Source: a bacterium
GTDB lineage: Bacteria; Bdellovibrionota; UBA1018
NCBI GenBank assembly: GCA_019751945.1
Contig: JAIEMT010000003.1
Span: forward strand, 34,993-98,992
Direction of reading: 5' to 3'
Length of the DNA: 64,000 nucleotides
Under the pieces are notes generated by a model that was not told the DNA's origin, did not search any database, and worked only from the letters and a program-made list of their open reading frames with translations. A program made the translations under genes and the position numbers. This document shows positions 37,669 to 46,710 of the stretch, piece after piece. Numbering within the stretch: the stretch's first letter is position 1; each line of letters starts with the position of its first letter.

Positions 37669-38604
37669 GTGGCTGATGTTGTTTTGCAACAGGATAGGTG
37701 TGAGCTGCAGCTTGAAGATTTGCTGCTTTGGTATGGGGTTAAAAAATCCACGTTTTATGACTGGCAAAAAGAGCCCACGATGGATGCAGAAAAGCCCCCG
37801 TTTGTAAGCGCCGCCTCGGTTCGTCCCGATGAGATTGCAGCAGTGCTGGCATATCGGGATCTTTACCCAGACATCGGGTACCGCAAGTTCACCTGGCAGA
37901 TGGTGGATGCGAACGTAGCGTTTTTATCGGAAAGCAAGGTCTACGATATTTTATCTGCCCACAATCGGCTTCAGGGATGGAACAAAGTCGACAACGGCGA
38001 AACTGGAAAAGAATATCGTCACAAACCCAGGTACGTTCACTATCACTGGCACACGGATATTGCGTACATCAAAGTGGGTGGAATCTTTTATTTTTTGATT
38101 ATGATGTTGGATGGCTACTCCCGGTATCTGCTGGATTGGGAGCTGATGACGGACATGCTTGGCGGGTCAGTTGAAAATTTTGTTCAACGTGTGAAAGAAA
38201 AATATCCACATGCACGGCCACGGCTGATCAACGACAATGGATCTCAGTTTATCAGTCACGATTTTAAACGACTTTTGCAAAAACTGGAAATCCAACAAAT
38301 ATTTACGCGCAGAAACCACCCGCAAACCAACGGGAAGATCGAACGAATGAATGGCACCGTCAAACAAGAAGCGCTTCGTCCCGGTCAACCTTGCGACTTT
38401 AGCGAGGCGTGGGAAATCTTGAACAAGTACAGTTACGAATACAATCACCAACGGCTGCATGCTGGGATCAATTTTTTGCGACCAGCGGATATGTTTTTTG
38501 GGCGTGGTGGGCAGGTGCTCAACGAACGTCGGGAAAAAATCGAAAATGCCCGCGCCGATCGAAAATCGCTCAACCGCGAGGAACGAATGAAAAATCTCCA
38601 CTAA
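37669..38604 (+). CDS. IS3-family transposase OrfB (DDE integrase core)
   Basis: HTDIAY...LIMMLDGYSR...NDNGSQFIS...HPQTNGKIER rve-domain motifs with D, D, E. Confidence 0.8.
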   Translation: MADVVLQQDRCELQLEDLLLWYGVKKSTFYDWQKEPTMDAEKPPFVSAASVRPDEIAAVLAYRDLYPDIGYRKFTWQMVDANVAFLSESKVYDILSAHNRLQGWNKVDNGETGKEYRHKPRYVHYHWHTDIAYIKVGGIFYFLIMMLDGYSRYLLDWELMTDMLGGSVENFVQRVKEKYPHARPRLINDNGSQFISHDFKRLLQKLEIQQIFTRRNHPQTNGKIERMNGTVKQEALRPGQPCDFSEAWEILNKYSYEYNHQRLHAGINFLRPADMFFGRGGQVLNERREKIENARADRKSLNREERMKNLH

Positions 38605-38636
38605 ATTTTTGCGTCAAAAGTCCGGATAGAAAAAAG

Positions 38637-39455
38637 CTAGACAAAAGATACGTCCTCCCAAAAAAGCCCTGCTACCTCAGAAATTCTCAAAGCCTGAAAA
38701 TATTGAACAGTTGCCATTGCCGAAAAGATCTCTCCATTTGGCTGCTCTCGAAGCTTTTCACAAAATCCCGAGAACTCTTCGACGGTAAGATCTCTAGATT
38801 TAGGTTTCGATTCACGGTTCAGCTTAACGGCCTTCTGGTGTCTCTCCTTGATCGGGTACCTGTATCTGGAGTCGTCATAGTACTCGCCATAGTATTTGAG
38901 AATCGTCCCTAATAACGAAAGCTCGTGATCAAATGACTTTCTGCGAACAGATTTCATAAAGGATCCTCTTGGGTCCTTCAAGGAATCAATCCATCGATCT
39001 ATTGCTGCTGAATCAGTTTTGAGAACTGGCAAATCCATCAACTGCTGAAAGTAAAGATTCACAATCTTTTCGTAGGCTACTCTTGTACTTTCCGCGAGCG
39101 TCGGAAATATTCTCGTTTTCCATTCTTCAATCAGCGTACCGAGAACAGGTCCTAAATCAGTTAAAACCCCGTCTGCCTTTATTTGAGTTTCCTGCGAAGC
39201 CTGCCACTTTCTGGCTTCCTCTAAAGTTGAAAAATACTCACTGATACGAATTGGTTTGCCATTAGCATCAGGTTCATACTTTTTAGCTAAATAATACTTT
39301 CCAGAAATTGGAAGAAGGTATTCTTTCCTGTCATTGTTCCAGACATATAAACGAGAGATCCTCGGCGCTCCGATGACTGCTCTATAAATACGATTCTTTC
39401 CTTCGTATTGTTTTGGATTTAGTTTCTTCACGGTTTGCTCCTTTTTTTGAGCCAC
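38637..39455 (-). pseudogene. int: tyrosine recombinase (phage integrase) N-terminal fragment: SAM-like domain plus box I
   Basis: Ends ...ALRISEVAGLFWEDV (box I Arg region) immediately before the IS end; continues in 36636-37259. Confidence 0.7.
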
Positions 39456-39616
39456 TCCGTGACTTCTCTTACCGAAAATCTTACGGCTCTACCGATCTTG
39501 AAATGAGGAAGTCCCTCGTAACGCATCAGTTTACTGATATAGCTGGGACAAACAGACAAGAGTTCGGCAAGCCGCTTCCTGGTTACATAGTGTTGGTTTT
39601 CAAAGAACGGCCCCAT
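39428..39616 (-). CDS. AlpA-family excisionase / phage transcriptional regulator (HTH)
   Basis: 62 aa; RLAELLSVCPSYISKLMRYEGLPHFKIGRAVRFSVREVTEWL matches the AlpA/Xis HTH_17 pattern; sits immediately upstream of int. Confidence 0.7.
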   Translation of the reverse strand: MGPFFENQHYVTRKRLAELLSVCPSYISKLMRYEGLPHFKIGRAVRFSVREVTEWLKKRSKP

Positions 39617-39618
39617 GG

Positions 39619-40044
39619 TTAGCCACCCTTCTTGTTTTTTTCAAGAGGTATGGTCGCAAAATCCAAGGTAAGTCCAACCCGTCCTCCTTCAAGAAGATAG
39701 TCTATGAGGAGGTTGTCCGGCGGGACCGATTCGCCCTTCCCTTTTAGAGGGCTACCAGAAGGGGGGGCGGGGGTTCTTTTTGGGTCAGGTTTCTCCAACA
39801 ATTTCAACAACAATTCATTCGAGTAACAATATCGACGAGACATTCTAAGCTGCCTCTTAGTTTCCAAAGGAACTTCCAAGTACTGAACCATGAAATCCAG
39901 GCCTGATTTTTTTAAAACAATCTTTTGAGGAAATGGCAGTAGATCAGAAAATTTAGAATCCGCGAGCTTCCTACTCTCGTTAAAAATATAAGCTACAAAA
40001 AGGTCGGGTCCTCTTTTTCTGATAAGACCGTACTTTCCAAACAA
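39619..40044 (-). CDS. hypothetical protein (island-encoded)
   Basis: 141-aa ORF, AT-rich, no recognisable motif; ATG-TGA-coupled to alpA. Confidence 0.3.
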   Translation of the reverse strand: MFGKYGLIRKRGPDLFVAYIFNESRKLADSKFSDLLPFPQKIVLKKSGLDFMVQYLEVPLETKRQLRMSRRYCYSNELLLKLLEKPDPKRTPAPPSGSPLKGKGESVPPDNLLIDYLLEGGRVGLTLDFATIPLEKNKKGG

Positions 40045-40077
40045 CCTCAGATCTTGTGAATTGACGTCGTCTTAAGG

Positions 40078-41533
40078 TCAGTTGAAATTTGAAGTTGAGT
40101 GGTTCACTCTTTCGGCAACTACGCTGTCAGAGAAACTCAACCGGTTGGATCGTAAAATCCGGCCAGACAAGGAACCACTCAACATGTCTATCCAAATATA
40201 TTTAGCCAATAAAAAGCGCAAGCCCCGTCGTCCAGTCGTCGCGATTAGTTGCCAGGAACTGGAGGCGGGACAAGTCCCAGGGTTCGAGCCTGGCGTGATG
40301 ATCGACTCCCAGCACTTGCTCATCTCGACATTGCTACCGCCAGCGGTGAAGGAGTTTCTCGCTCAATGCGAGAGGGAGGTCGCGAGCATCTGCGGAAAGC
40401 CTCACGCTCGTGAGGAGGGACTACTGTCGCGCTGGGGCACCCAGGCGGGATCGATCTATCTGGGAGGCCAGAAAGTCGCAGTGCAAAAGCCGCGCGTCAG
40501 GGGTAGCGAGGGCGAGCACACGCTCTCGACCTACGAGAGGTTTCAAGACCCCGCTCTTTTTGATCAGCAGGTATTCCAGGAGGGGATCCGCCGCGTCAGT
40601 CAGCGCGATTACGAGAAGGGGCTTCCGAAGATTGCTGCGAGCTTTGGAATGAGTAAAAGCAAAGTTTCAAAAAGCTGGGTAAAAGCAACGGAAAATCAGC
40701 TCGAAAAACTTCGTACTCGAAGCCTCAAAGAATTTGGAATCATAGCCGTCTTCATCGACGGCAAACGTTTCTCCAAACTCGGCGCCATCGTCGCGCTGGG
40801 AGTGGGAGCGGATGGGCGAAAACATGTGATCGGGCTTTATCAGAGTTCGACTGAGAACTCGGCTGCCTGCCGGGAACTTCTGGACGATCTGGAGCGGCGT
40901 GGATTGCCCGAAAGTGAGTTGCTGTTTGTCGTCGACGGCGGCAGCGGCTTGAACAAAGCCTTGGATGAAAAATATCAGTTGCACGATCCAAAGCAGAGCC
41001 GGGCCGTGCGAGTCCGTTGCCATATTCACAAATGGCGAAATATCACGGACGTGCTGACGCCGAAACAGAGCGAAGAGGCGTCAGGATTGTTCTGGGCCAT
41101 TCGGGAGGCCAGAGATCTGACTCAAGCCCTGGAGTGTGCGGCCTCACTGGAGCAGCTGCTCGGGAAGTTTAACGCCTCTGCGTTAGCCAGCTTTTTAGAG
41201 GCCAAGAATGACCTCCTGGCGCTTCATCGTCTGGGGCTCTCGGCTGAACTCCGGAAATTTTTCTCTACAACAAACCCGATCGAGAGTTTAAATTCTCTGC
41301 TCGAAGAGGACCTGAGGCGAGTGAAACGTTGGCAGGACTCGGCGCACTTCCAGCGCTGGCTTGCTACGGCATGTTTGCAGAACGAAAAGCGAATGCGACG
41401 GATCCGGGGCTTCCGATCTCTGCCAGCCGTCGTTGTGAGACTACAGTCGTTGTGTAATCAGGAAAAATCCGTTGACAAAGATACTCGAGCTGCGTGATGA
41501 ACTGCGAGCCACTCAACCGAGAGTTTCAACTGA
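40078..41533 (+). mobile_element. IS256-family (Mutator-type) insertion sequence, about 1.46 kb
   Basis: About 28-bp imperfect terminal inverted repeats TCAGTTGAAAYTY...GTTGAGTGG at 40078-40105 and 41506-41533 (rc); GC content higher than flanks; no clear 8-bp TSD. Confidence 0.65.
40082..41497 (+). CDS. IS256-family transposase
   Basis: C-terminal TTNPIESLNSLLEEDLRRVKRW matches the Mutator/IS256 TTNxIExxNxxhRRR signature; the ORF-track start lies within IRL, so the true start is probably internal (e.g. around 40184). Confidence 0.7.
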   Translation: MKFEVEWFTLSATTLSEKLNRLDRKIRPDKEPLNMSIQIYLANKKRKPRRPVVAISCQELEAGQVPGFEPGVMIDSQHLLISTLLPPAVKEFLAQCEREVASICGKPHAREEGLLSRWGTQAGSIYLGGQKVAVQKPRVRGSEGEHTLSTYERFQDPALFDQQVFQEGIRRVSQRDYEKGLPKIAASFGMSKSKVSKSWVKATENQLEKLRTRSLKEFGIIAVFIDGKRFSKLGAIVALGVGADGRKHVIGLYQSSTENSAACRELLDDLERRGLPESELLFVVDGGSGLNKALDEKYQLHDPKQSRAVRVRCHIHKWRNITDVLTPKQSEEASGLFWAIREARDLTQALECAASLEQLLGKFNASALASFLEAKNDLLALHRLGLSAELRKFFSTTNPIESLNSLLEEDLRRVKRWQDSAHFQRWLATACLQNEKRMRRIRGFRSLPAVVVRLQSLCNQEKSVDKDTRAA

Positions 41534-41630
41534 GTGAAGGACAAGGTCTGTGAATTAATTTTATTTTCAACAGCCCTATAGGAGCCAATATACTTAAGAC
41601 TCGTTTTAAAGCCGCTTATTTTTCTGGGTT

Positions 41631-42587
41631 TCATGCAGGCCTCCTTTCGGAGGCTCTTAGACCAAGAAAACGATTAATACGTTTTTTCCAAATCTTATTA
41701 AGATCTATATCTAATTTGCCAATGTAAGGAGCAATCGTCTTCGAAAAGTTACTACTAGAGTTGAATTCCTTTTTCGCAGGAGCAAAACCTATTTCAGCAG
41801 ATCTTTTTAAAAAATGCTGAACTACATGTGAACTCTTCAAACTCTTAAGCTGTACCTGCGACACCTGTTGAAATCTCAACCGCTCAAAAGGACTAATTGT
41901 CTGTAGCTTGTCGACTTCAGACAATGTCTTGATTGGTATTTTTTTTCCGTGAAGCTCAATTTCAATTCTAACCGCGTCAATATGACCGAAATCTGCTGGA
42001 CTATTCTTTGGAATGCAGTCGACGTCCTCTATTGGGACGCCACTTTTTTCGTACAATCTAACTAGGAAGGGCCGGCTTCCCATATAGAGGGTGCGTCCCC
42101 CGTCGCTTGACCACCGCTCGAAAGTTCTACATCCTGGCAAACTAATGCTCTGTGAAATTGTCGGATACGGAATGGCAAGGTTGACGCACAAATCTAATCG
42201 ATCGATCCTACCCTGTTCGATAATTTGACTGGAGAGGGAACCGAAGAGATCGGCGCTCCATTGTTTGAATTGGGAAATCGTCGAGAATTGGGACATGTGA
42301 AACTGGAGTAGACCTGGTGGTAGTGTTCCTCTCCTCGGCTCGAAACTAAAAAATACGTGATGATCATCTAAGTATCCCTCCAAACCATGACCAAGAAGGA
42401 AAACCACGCTTCGATACCATAGTTTTAACTCCAACTCAGTAATGGAACCACCCAAGTCTTGAACAAAATCCCTCGTTTTTTTGATAGCCGTGTTCTCTCT
42501 AAATTTCTCTCTTAGAATATGCAGGTTTTTGAGCGAGCTAGGATGGCGAAAACCGGCAAGTCCAGTGGGTGTGGAGGCAAATCCCAC
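41631..42587 (-). CDS. rep: rolling-circle replication initiator, Rep_trans (pT181 RepC-like) family
   Basis: Collinear matches to RepC motifs: RIDRLDLCVNLAI (cf. FTRLDLAFDFED), TLYMGSRPFLVRLYEK (cf. KYFGVRDSNRFIRIYNK), HIDAVRIEIELHGK (cf. HLWRVEIELKRD); similar length (318 vs 314 aa). Confidence 0.6.
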   Translation of the reverse strand: MGFASTPTGLAGFRHPSSLKNLHILREKFRENTAIKKTRDFVQDLGGSITELELKLWYRSVVFLLGHGLEGYLDDHHVFFSFEPRRGTLPPGLLQFHMSQFSTISQFKQWSADLFGSLSSQIIEQGRIDRLDLCVNLAIPYPTISQSISLPGCRTFERWSSDGGRTLYMGSRPFLVRLYEKSGVPIEDVDCIPKNSPADFGHIDAVRIEIELHGKKIPIKTLSEVDKLQTISPFERLRFQQVSQVQLKSLKSSHVVQHFLKRSAEIGFAPAKKEFNSSSNFSKTIAPYIGKLDIDLNKIWKKRINRFLGLRASERRPA

Positions 42588-42591
42588 TCCG

Positions 42592-45276
42592 CTATTGATA
42601 CTCCCTTGAAAGATAACCTAAGAAATTATCGACAGTACGATAAAAAACTAACGGCAAACCCGATGAGTTTAGGAGAAGCTTGGGGTATTGCCCTGCCAAA
42701 GAAGTGAAAGATCCACCGGAAGTGTTCTGATCGAGGTATTCGGCAGTCCAAGCTGCCTCTGTGACTAGCCGAGATTGTAAGGCGAGGCCCTGGAAGGCAG
42801 CTGAATAGTGAGAGATGTAGATTCTTCCTGAAGAGGTCACCTGAATACTCGGTGAAGTCACAATGTTTGAAGACGTTCCGGATGCTGCAACCACTTCTCC
42901 CGTAAATGCACCGGATCCTTGAGAAACACACCCAGCCACAGGTCCAGAGCATCCAACATACCTTATTTGTCCTGCGGTCATATCAAAGTGAGCAATGTGG
43001 GGAGAGTCGCTTGAGTCTAAGACCATTGAAATTCCCTCTCCTCGGGTGTTTCCTGAACTATCTAAAGATAAACAAGTCCATGAATAAGTAGACGATGTTA
43101 ACGCCTCGCTCGCGTAAGCTAGTTTAAGTGCACCATCCGACTGGTATACGATTACTGGTCGTCCAGTCGAAGTTAAAGCAAGGGTGGCATACTTCCCTGC
43201 ATCATTAGCTACGTTCCCGCAGGAACCTGTTCCTGTCATTCCATCGACGCTAAACCTCTTCCATCCCCCGCCGGGAGAAAAACGCGAAAACTTTAAACCA
43301 GTAGCACTGGCATCATAGTAGGCGACCCCTAAAGAAGTGCCTGACGAAGCGACCGAAGGGTATTGCCCTACATTGGCACTCGTGTCATCGACGACGGTGA
43401 CGGAAAATCCGGACTCATCATTCACTGATCTAGCTACATGAAGAGCCTGCGAAGCCGCTAGTCCGTTATAAAATGCGATAACTGGAGAATTATTAGAGTC
43501 ATAGGCTAAGCTCGGATAAGAACCAACGAACTGACCTGCTACACTCTCTGCCATGTTTACCACTGAAATTTGAGAAAAGGTTGGACTCCCAGCCGAGCCC
43601 CCCCTGACACCGTAATAAAGCTTCATATCGCCTGCAGTAGAGTCTTGAAAAAAGTATGTGTATCCTACTGTCCCCGAATTTGATTTTGCTGCCGCAAAAA
43701 CAGGTAAAGCTGTAGTGGGAAATAAGGATACTAAATTGTCGACATAGTCGAGTACAAAAGAACCAGCTGCGCCTCCGTTGGTAATGTCTGCCGCGATGCC
43801 AGAAGAAAGAACAATGTCATTTCCTGTTGCTCCTGCTCCTGCTGCTGGTAGTTGAGCGAAGGAACCATAAAGGGCATCAGAATTAAAATCATAAACAGCC
43901 CCCACTCCCTCAGCGCCTACAGTGGTCGTGGCAATCGTGGTGCCAGTAGCAAGCCATGCGCCAGCCGGCCCCGTCGATTTGTTTGCCAAAATCGTTGTCG
44001 TGCTATCCAAATAAAAAATGAAGTTTAAATTAATTGATGAACTCGAAGAAGCTAGCCTGAAACCGTTTTGCCCTTCATTTGATGCTCCTACCGATAAAGG
44101 TGCTCCCCAGGATCCCGATGCTCCTGTTTGTGAGTTTCCACAAGTTTGCGGAGCAGTTGCGGTGTACAAAGTGTTCGCAGGCGTAGCAGTCGTGTATAAA
44201 CCCACGATGGGGCGCTGAGTTGCTGCATCAATAGTGATGTCCATCCGGGTCGCTGCATTGGTGGTTGTTGTTATTCCTGCGGAAAAGCAGCTGGTTGCAC
44301 CTGTGCACCCATTAGAGAGCGACAAGGGACTCCAGGTCGAGCAGCTCCCGTTCGCATTCAAAGCTGTGCATCGAATTAAATAGGGTTTACCCGACCCAGC
44401 CGCCGCATCTACCGATGGCGTAGCTAAGAGCAACATGCCGTTTGCTGGACACATCACCGCTCCAGCTTGCATTGCACCTTGGGTCAACCCAGTAATGGTA
44501 CCGGCCCCGGAAACGGAGGCCATTACATCAGAGACAGACCAACTACCGGATGTGCTTCTAAATGCGTACTTTATAAAACTGTTTCCCACTAAGGTCTGCG
44601 CATAAAAAGAAAAAGTAAGATGAGGACGATTAGAAGAATCGAAGTTCAGTGTAAGCCCTTTGATTGCATCCACAGTGGCAGTGTTGGCGGCATTTGTGGC
44701 GCCTGCCGTAGCTGACGAAGCAAATGGTACCGTGATAGTCCATTCCCCGCTGGTTGAGCGCTCGGCATATCTCACTTGTTTATTCCCGGATCCGTTGAGA
44801 CTCATGCCATAGACATAGGCAATTGAAGGTCGCCCATCTGTGGTAAATGCGAGGCGAATAATACTCGCAGTTCCAGCGGCAGCAGCATTAGGCGCTCCGA
44901 GACAATAACTTCCTGCTATGCCACACACCACTGTCCCATAGTTGGCGTCCACCAGTTCGATGTTCCATCGTCCAAAAGTATCCAAGTAAGCATATTTGAG
45001 ACCCCCAACTGCTGCGGTTCCCGAGAATGAAGAATTCTTATCGTAGTAGGACACCGCGGGCCGCAGAGAAATCGGGTCGAGAGCCATATCATTTACTCCA
45101 CCGGTAAATGAATTAAAACTAAGAGAAGGTCCCGCCGCTACAATTCGTCGAATATCACTAGTGCCCCCACTATTGGTGGTGTCAGGTACCCCACTTATCT
45201 CAGTCTCGCAACCCAGCAGGAAGAGAACTAGTAGGACCGTCATTCCTGAACGGAAATTATTTTTCTGACTCAACAT
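42592..45276 (-). CDS. large (about 894 aa) Thr/Ser/Gly/Ala-rich surface lipoprotein, probable beta-rich adhesin/fibre
   Basis: Lipobox LLGC after MLSQKNNFRSGMTVLLVLF; very low-complexity Gly/Ala/Ser/Thr composition with repeated S/T-G-S motifs; GAGGGG RBS; 4 nt upstream of rep. Confidence 0.55.
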   Translation of the reverse strand: MLSQKNNFRSGMTVLLVLFLLGCETEISGVPDTTNSGGTSDIRRIVAAGPSLSFNSFTGGVNDMALDPISLRPAVSYYDKNSSFSGTAAVGGLKYAYLDTFGRWNIELVDANYGTVVCGIAGSYCLGAPNAAAAGTASIIRLAFTTDGRPSIAYVYGMSLNGSGNKQVRYAERSTSGEWTITVPFASSATAGATNAANTATVDAIKGLTLNFDSSNRPHLTFSFYAQTLVGNSFIKYAFRSTSGSWSVSDVMASVSGAGTITGLTQGAMQAGAVMCPANGMLLLATPSVDAAAGSGKPYLIRCTALNANGSCSTWSPLSLSNGCTGATSCFSAGITTTTNAATRMDITIDAATQRPIVGLYTTATPANTLYTATAPQTCGNSQTGASGSWGAPLSVGASNEGQNGFRLASSSSSINLNFIFYLDSTTTILANKSTGPAGAWLATGTTIATTTVGAEGVGAVYDFNSDALYGSFAQLPAAGAGATGNDIVLSSGIAADITNGGAAGSFVLDYVDNLVSLFPTTALPVFAAAKSNSGTVGYTYFFQDSTAGDMKLYYGVRGGSAGSPTFSQISVVNMAESVAGQFVGSYPSLAYDSNNSPVIAFYNGLAASQALHVARSVNDESGFSVTVVDDTSANVGQYPSVASSGTSLGVAYYDASATGLKFSRFSPGGGWKRFSVDGMTGTGSCGNVANDAGKYATLALTSTGRPVIVYQSDGALKLAYASEALTSSTYSWTCLSLDSSGNTRGEGISMVLDSSDSPHIAHFDMTAGQIRYVGCSGPVAGCVSQGSGAFTGEVVAASGTSSNIVTSPSIQVTSSGRIYISHYSAAFQGLALQSRLVTEAAWTAEYLDQNTSGGSFTSLAGQYPKLLLNSSGLPLVFYRTVDNFLGYLSREYQ

Positions 45277-45286
45277 AGAATCCCCT

Positions 45287-46090
45287 CTAAAAATTAAAAC
45301 GCACCTCGAATGGAACCGAGATTGGCAAAATTCGTTCGGAGGCTGACTGGGTACCCCTGGAACCTGCACCGGAAAAAAACTTTTGTTCCCATGTCGCGTT
45401 TGCAGATACACCGACCTGAAGGACTTCAGTAATACTGTATGTAAGAGCTACTTCTGGTTCGATAAAATATCCGAAATTATAAAACCCCGTATTTTGGTTC
45501 TTCTCGTAGTGAGAAATTGGGAAGCCAAATGAAATGCGAAACTCAAAACGAAAGTCACTCTTAAGTGAATTTATGTACTCTGTGAGAAAAAGAAGCCTCG
45601 TACTGCTCAGAGAGCTCATGACCTCACTCGGTGACGTTGGGGGGGTTGACTGCTGAAGAAGCTCTGCGCCTAAACCGAGCGATAATTTATCCACCACGGA
45701 AGAGCCACTGTCGGACTGAAAAAGATACCCGCTTAACAAAAAGCGTACTTTGGTGACCTCCTGGTTTACGCTGGACGGAGAAAGGCCACTGACTTTTAAC
45801 GTTACAGCTGTTTTCAGAAAAGTGGCTCGAATATAAGTCCCTGATTCACTCAGACGTCGTCGCAGCTCAGCTCCATAGACAGCGCCCGAACCATTAGGTA
45901 CCGACAAGCTCAGGCCAGAGCTATTCAAAGAATAGTTTAGTAAGCTCATACCCCCGAAAACTCGCGCGATCCACTTAGAGTTTTCGCCTGACAGATTTAG
46001 GCTATCCATATTCACTTTTTGTGGATTCTCTGCCCATGCAACCGTTCCGAAAGCTAAAATTGCGACAAGGCTAGCGGCAATCGCTTTCAT
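45287..46090 (-). CDS. outer-membrane beta-barrel protein
   Basis: Signal peptide MKAIAASLVAILAFGTVAWA; alternating-hydrophobic strands; C-terminal ...VPFEVRFNF with terminal Phe. Confidence 0.5.
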   Translation of the reverse strand: MKAIAASLVAILAFGTVAWAENPQKVNMDSLNLSGENSKWIARVFGGMSLLNYSLNSSGLSLSVPNGSGAVYGAELRRRLSESGTYIRATFLKTAVTLKVSGLSPSSVNQEVTKVRFLLSGYLFQSDSGSSVVDKLSLGLGAELLQQSTPPTSPSEVMSSLSSTRLLFLTEYINSLKSDFRFEFRISFGFPISHYEKNQNTGFYNFGYFIEPEVALTYSITEVLQVGVSANATWEQKFFSGAGSRGTQSASERILPISVPFEVRFNF

Positions 46091-46710
46091 CGGGGAAGCT
46101 CCTGCTCTCTAAATCCTTCGAATAGATAATTCGGATTCTTGGTGGCAGAAGGGCTAGTCTGCAATGAAGGTGGTGGTCCGACTGCAACCGTATTGCTCAA
46201 AGCAGGTCCAAAAGGTGCAAAGGCAACGGTATTTTTCGCTAATCTTTCAGATCCAGGAAGCAATATTTGCCGCGATCTCTCACGGGGTGAGGAATCGCCA
46301 ACTGTAGCAATGTCTCTTTCAGGCTGTGGGGGAACTATTGCCTCGAACTGAGAAGTAGCAGTGTCTAAGAGCCGACGAATTCCGTTTTTGACTTCTTCAA
46401 TTGTAGAAACTTTTAAAACGTACCGAAGCCTCTTTTTTGACAAACCCATTTCCTGGAGCTCTGGAATTCGAAGCTTTGTACCTAACGACACCACATCAGG
46501 ACTAGTAAGTCTATTTTTGTTTGCATCATAAATCTCACGCCAAAGTTGATGCGTTCCAAAAATACGATACGAAAAAGTTGCCAGTGTTTCGCCCGAAAGG
46601 ATGGTCTCCTCACGTACGGTGTCGGCGGAGTATCCAAGTTCTAAAAAAAAGAAAAAAGCAAACATTACCCAAATACAAATACGCATCCATTTACCGATCA
46701 TTAGGGGCAC
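46087..46710 (-). CDS. LysM domain-containing secreted protein
   Basis: TVREETILSGETLATFSYRIFGTHQLWREIYDANKNRLTSPDVVSLGTKLRIPEL is a canonical LysM; N-terminal TM/signal; Pro-rich C-terminus. Confidence 0.65.
   Translation of the reverse strand: MPLMIGKWMRICIWVMFAFFFFLELGYSADTVREETILSGETLATFSYRIFGTHQLWREIYDANKNRLTSPDVVSLGTKLRIPELQEMGLSKKRLRYVLKVSTIEEVKNGIRRLLDTATSQFEAIVPPQPERDIATVGDSSPRERSRQILLPGSERLAKNTVAFAPFGPALSNTVAVGPPPSLQTSPSATKNPNYLFEGFREQELPR

Larger units (their letters stand above)
37221..38642 (+). mobile_element. IS3-family insertion sequence, about 1.4 kb
   Basis: Core terminal inverted repeats CCGGACTTTTGACGC at 37239-37253 and 38611-38625 (rc), extended imperfect IR of about 30 bp; orfA and orfB with A9 slippery run between them. 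Confidence 0.75.

Noticed and set aside
38409-38912. 167-aa ORF spanning the IS3 right end and the integrase N-terminal fragment
   Set aside because: Crosses an IS boundary in a frame with no homology; an artefact of overlapping the orfB 3' end and antisense int.
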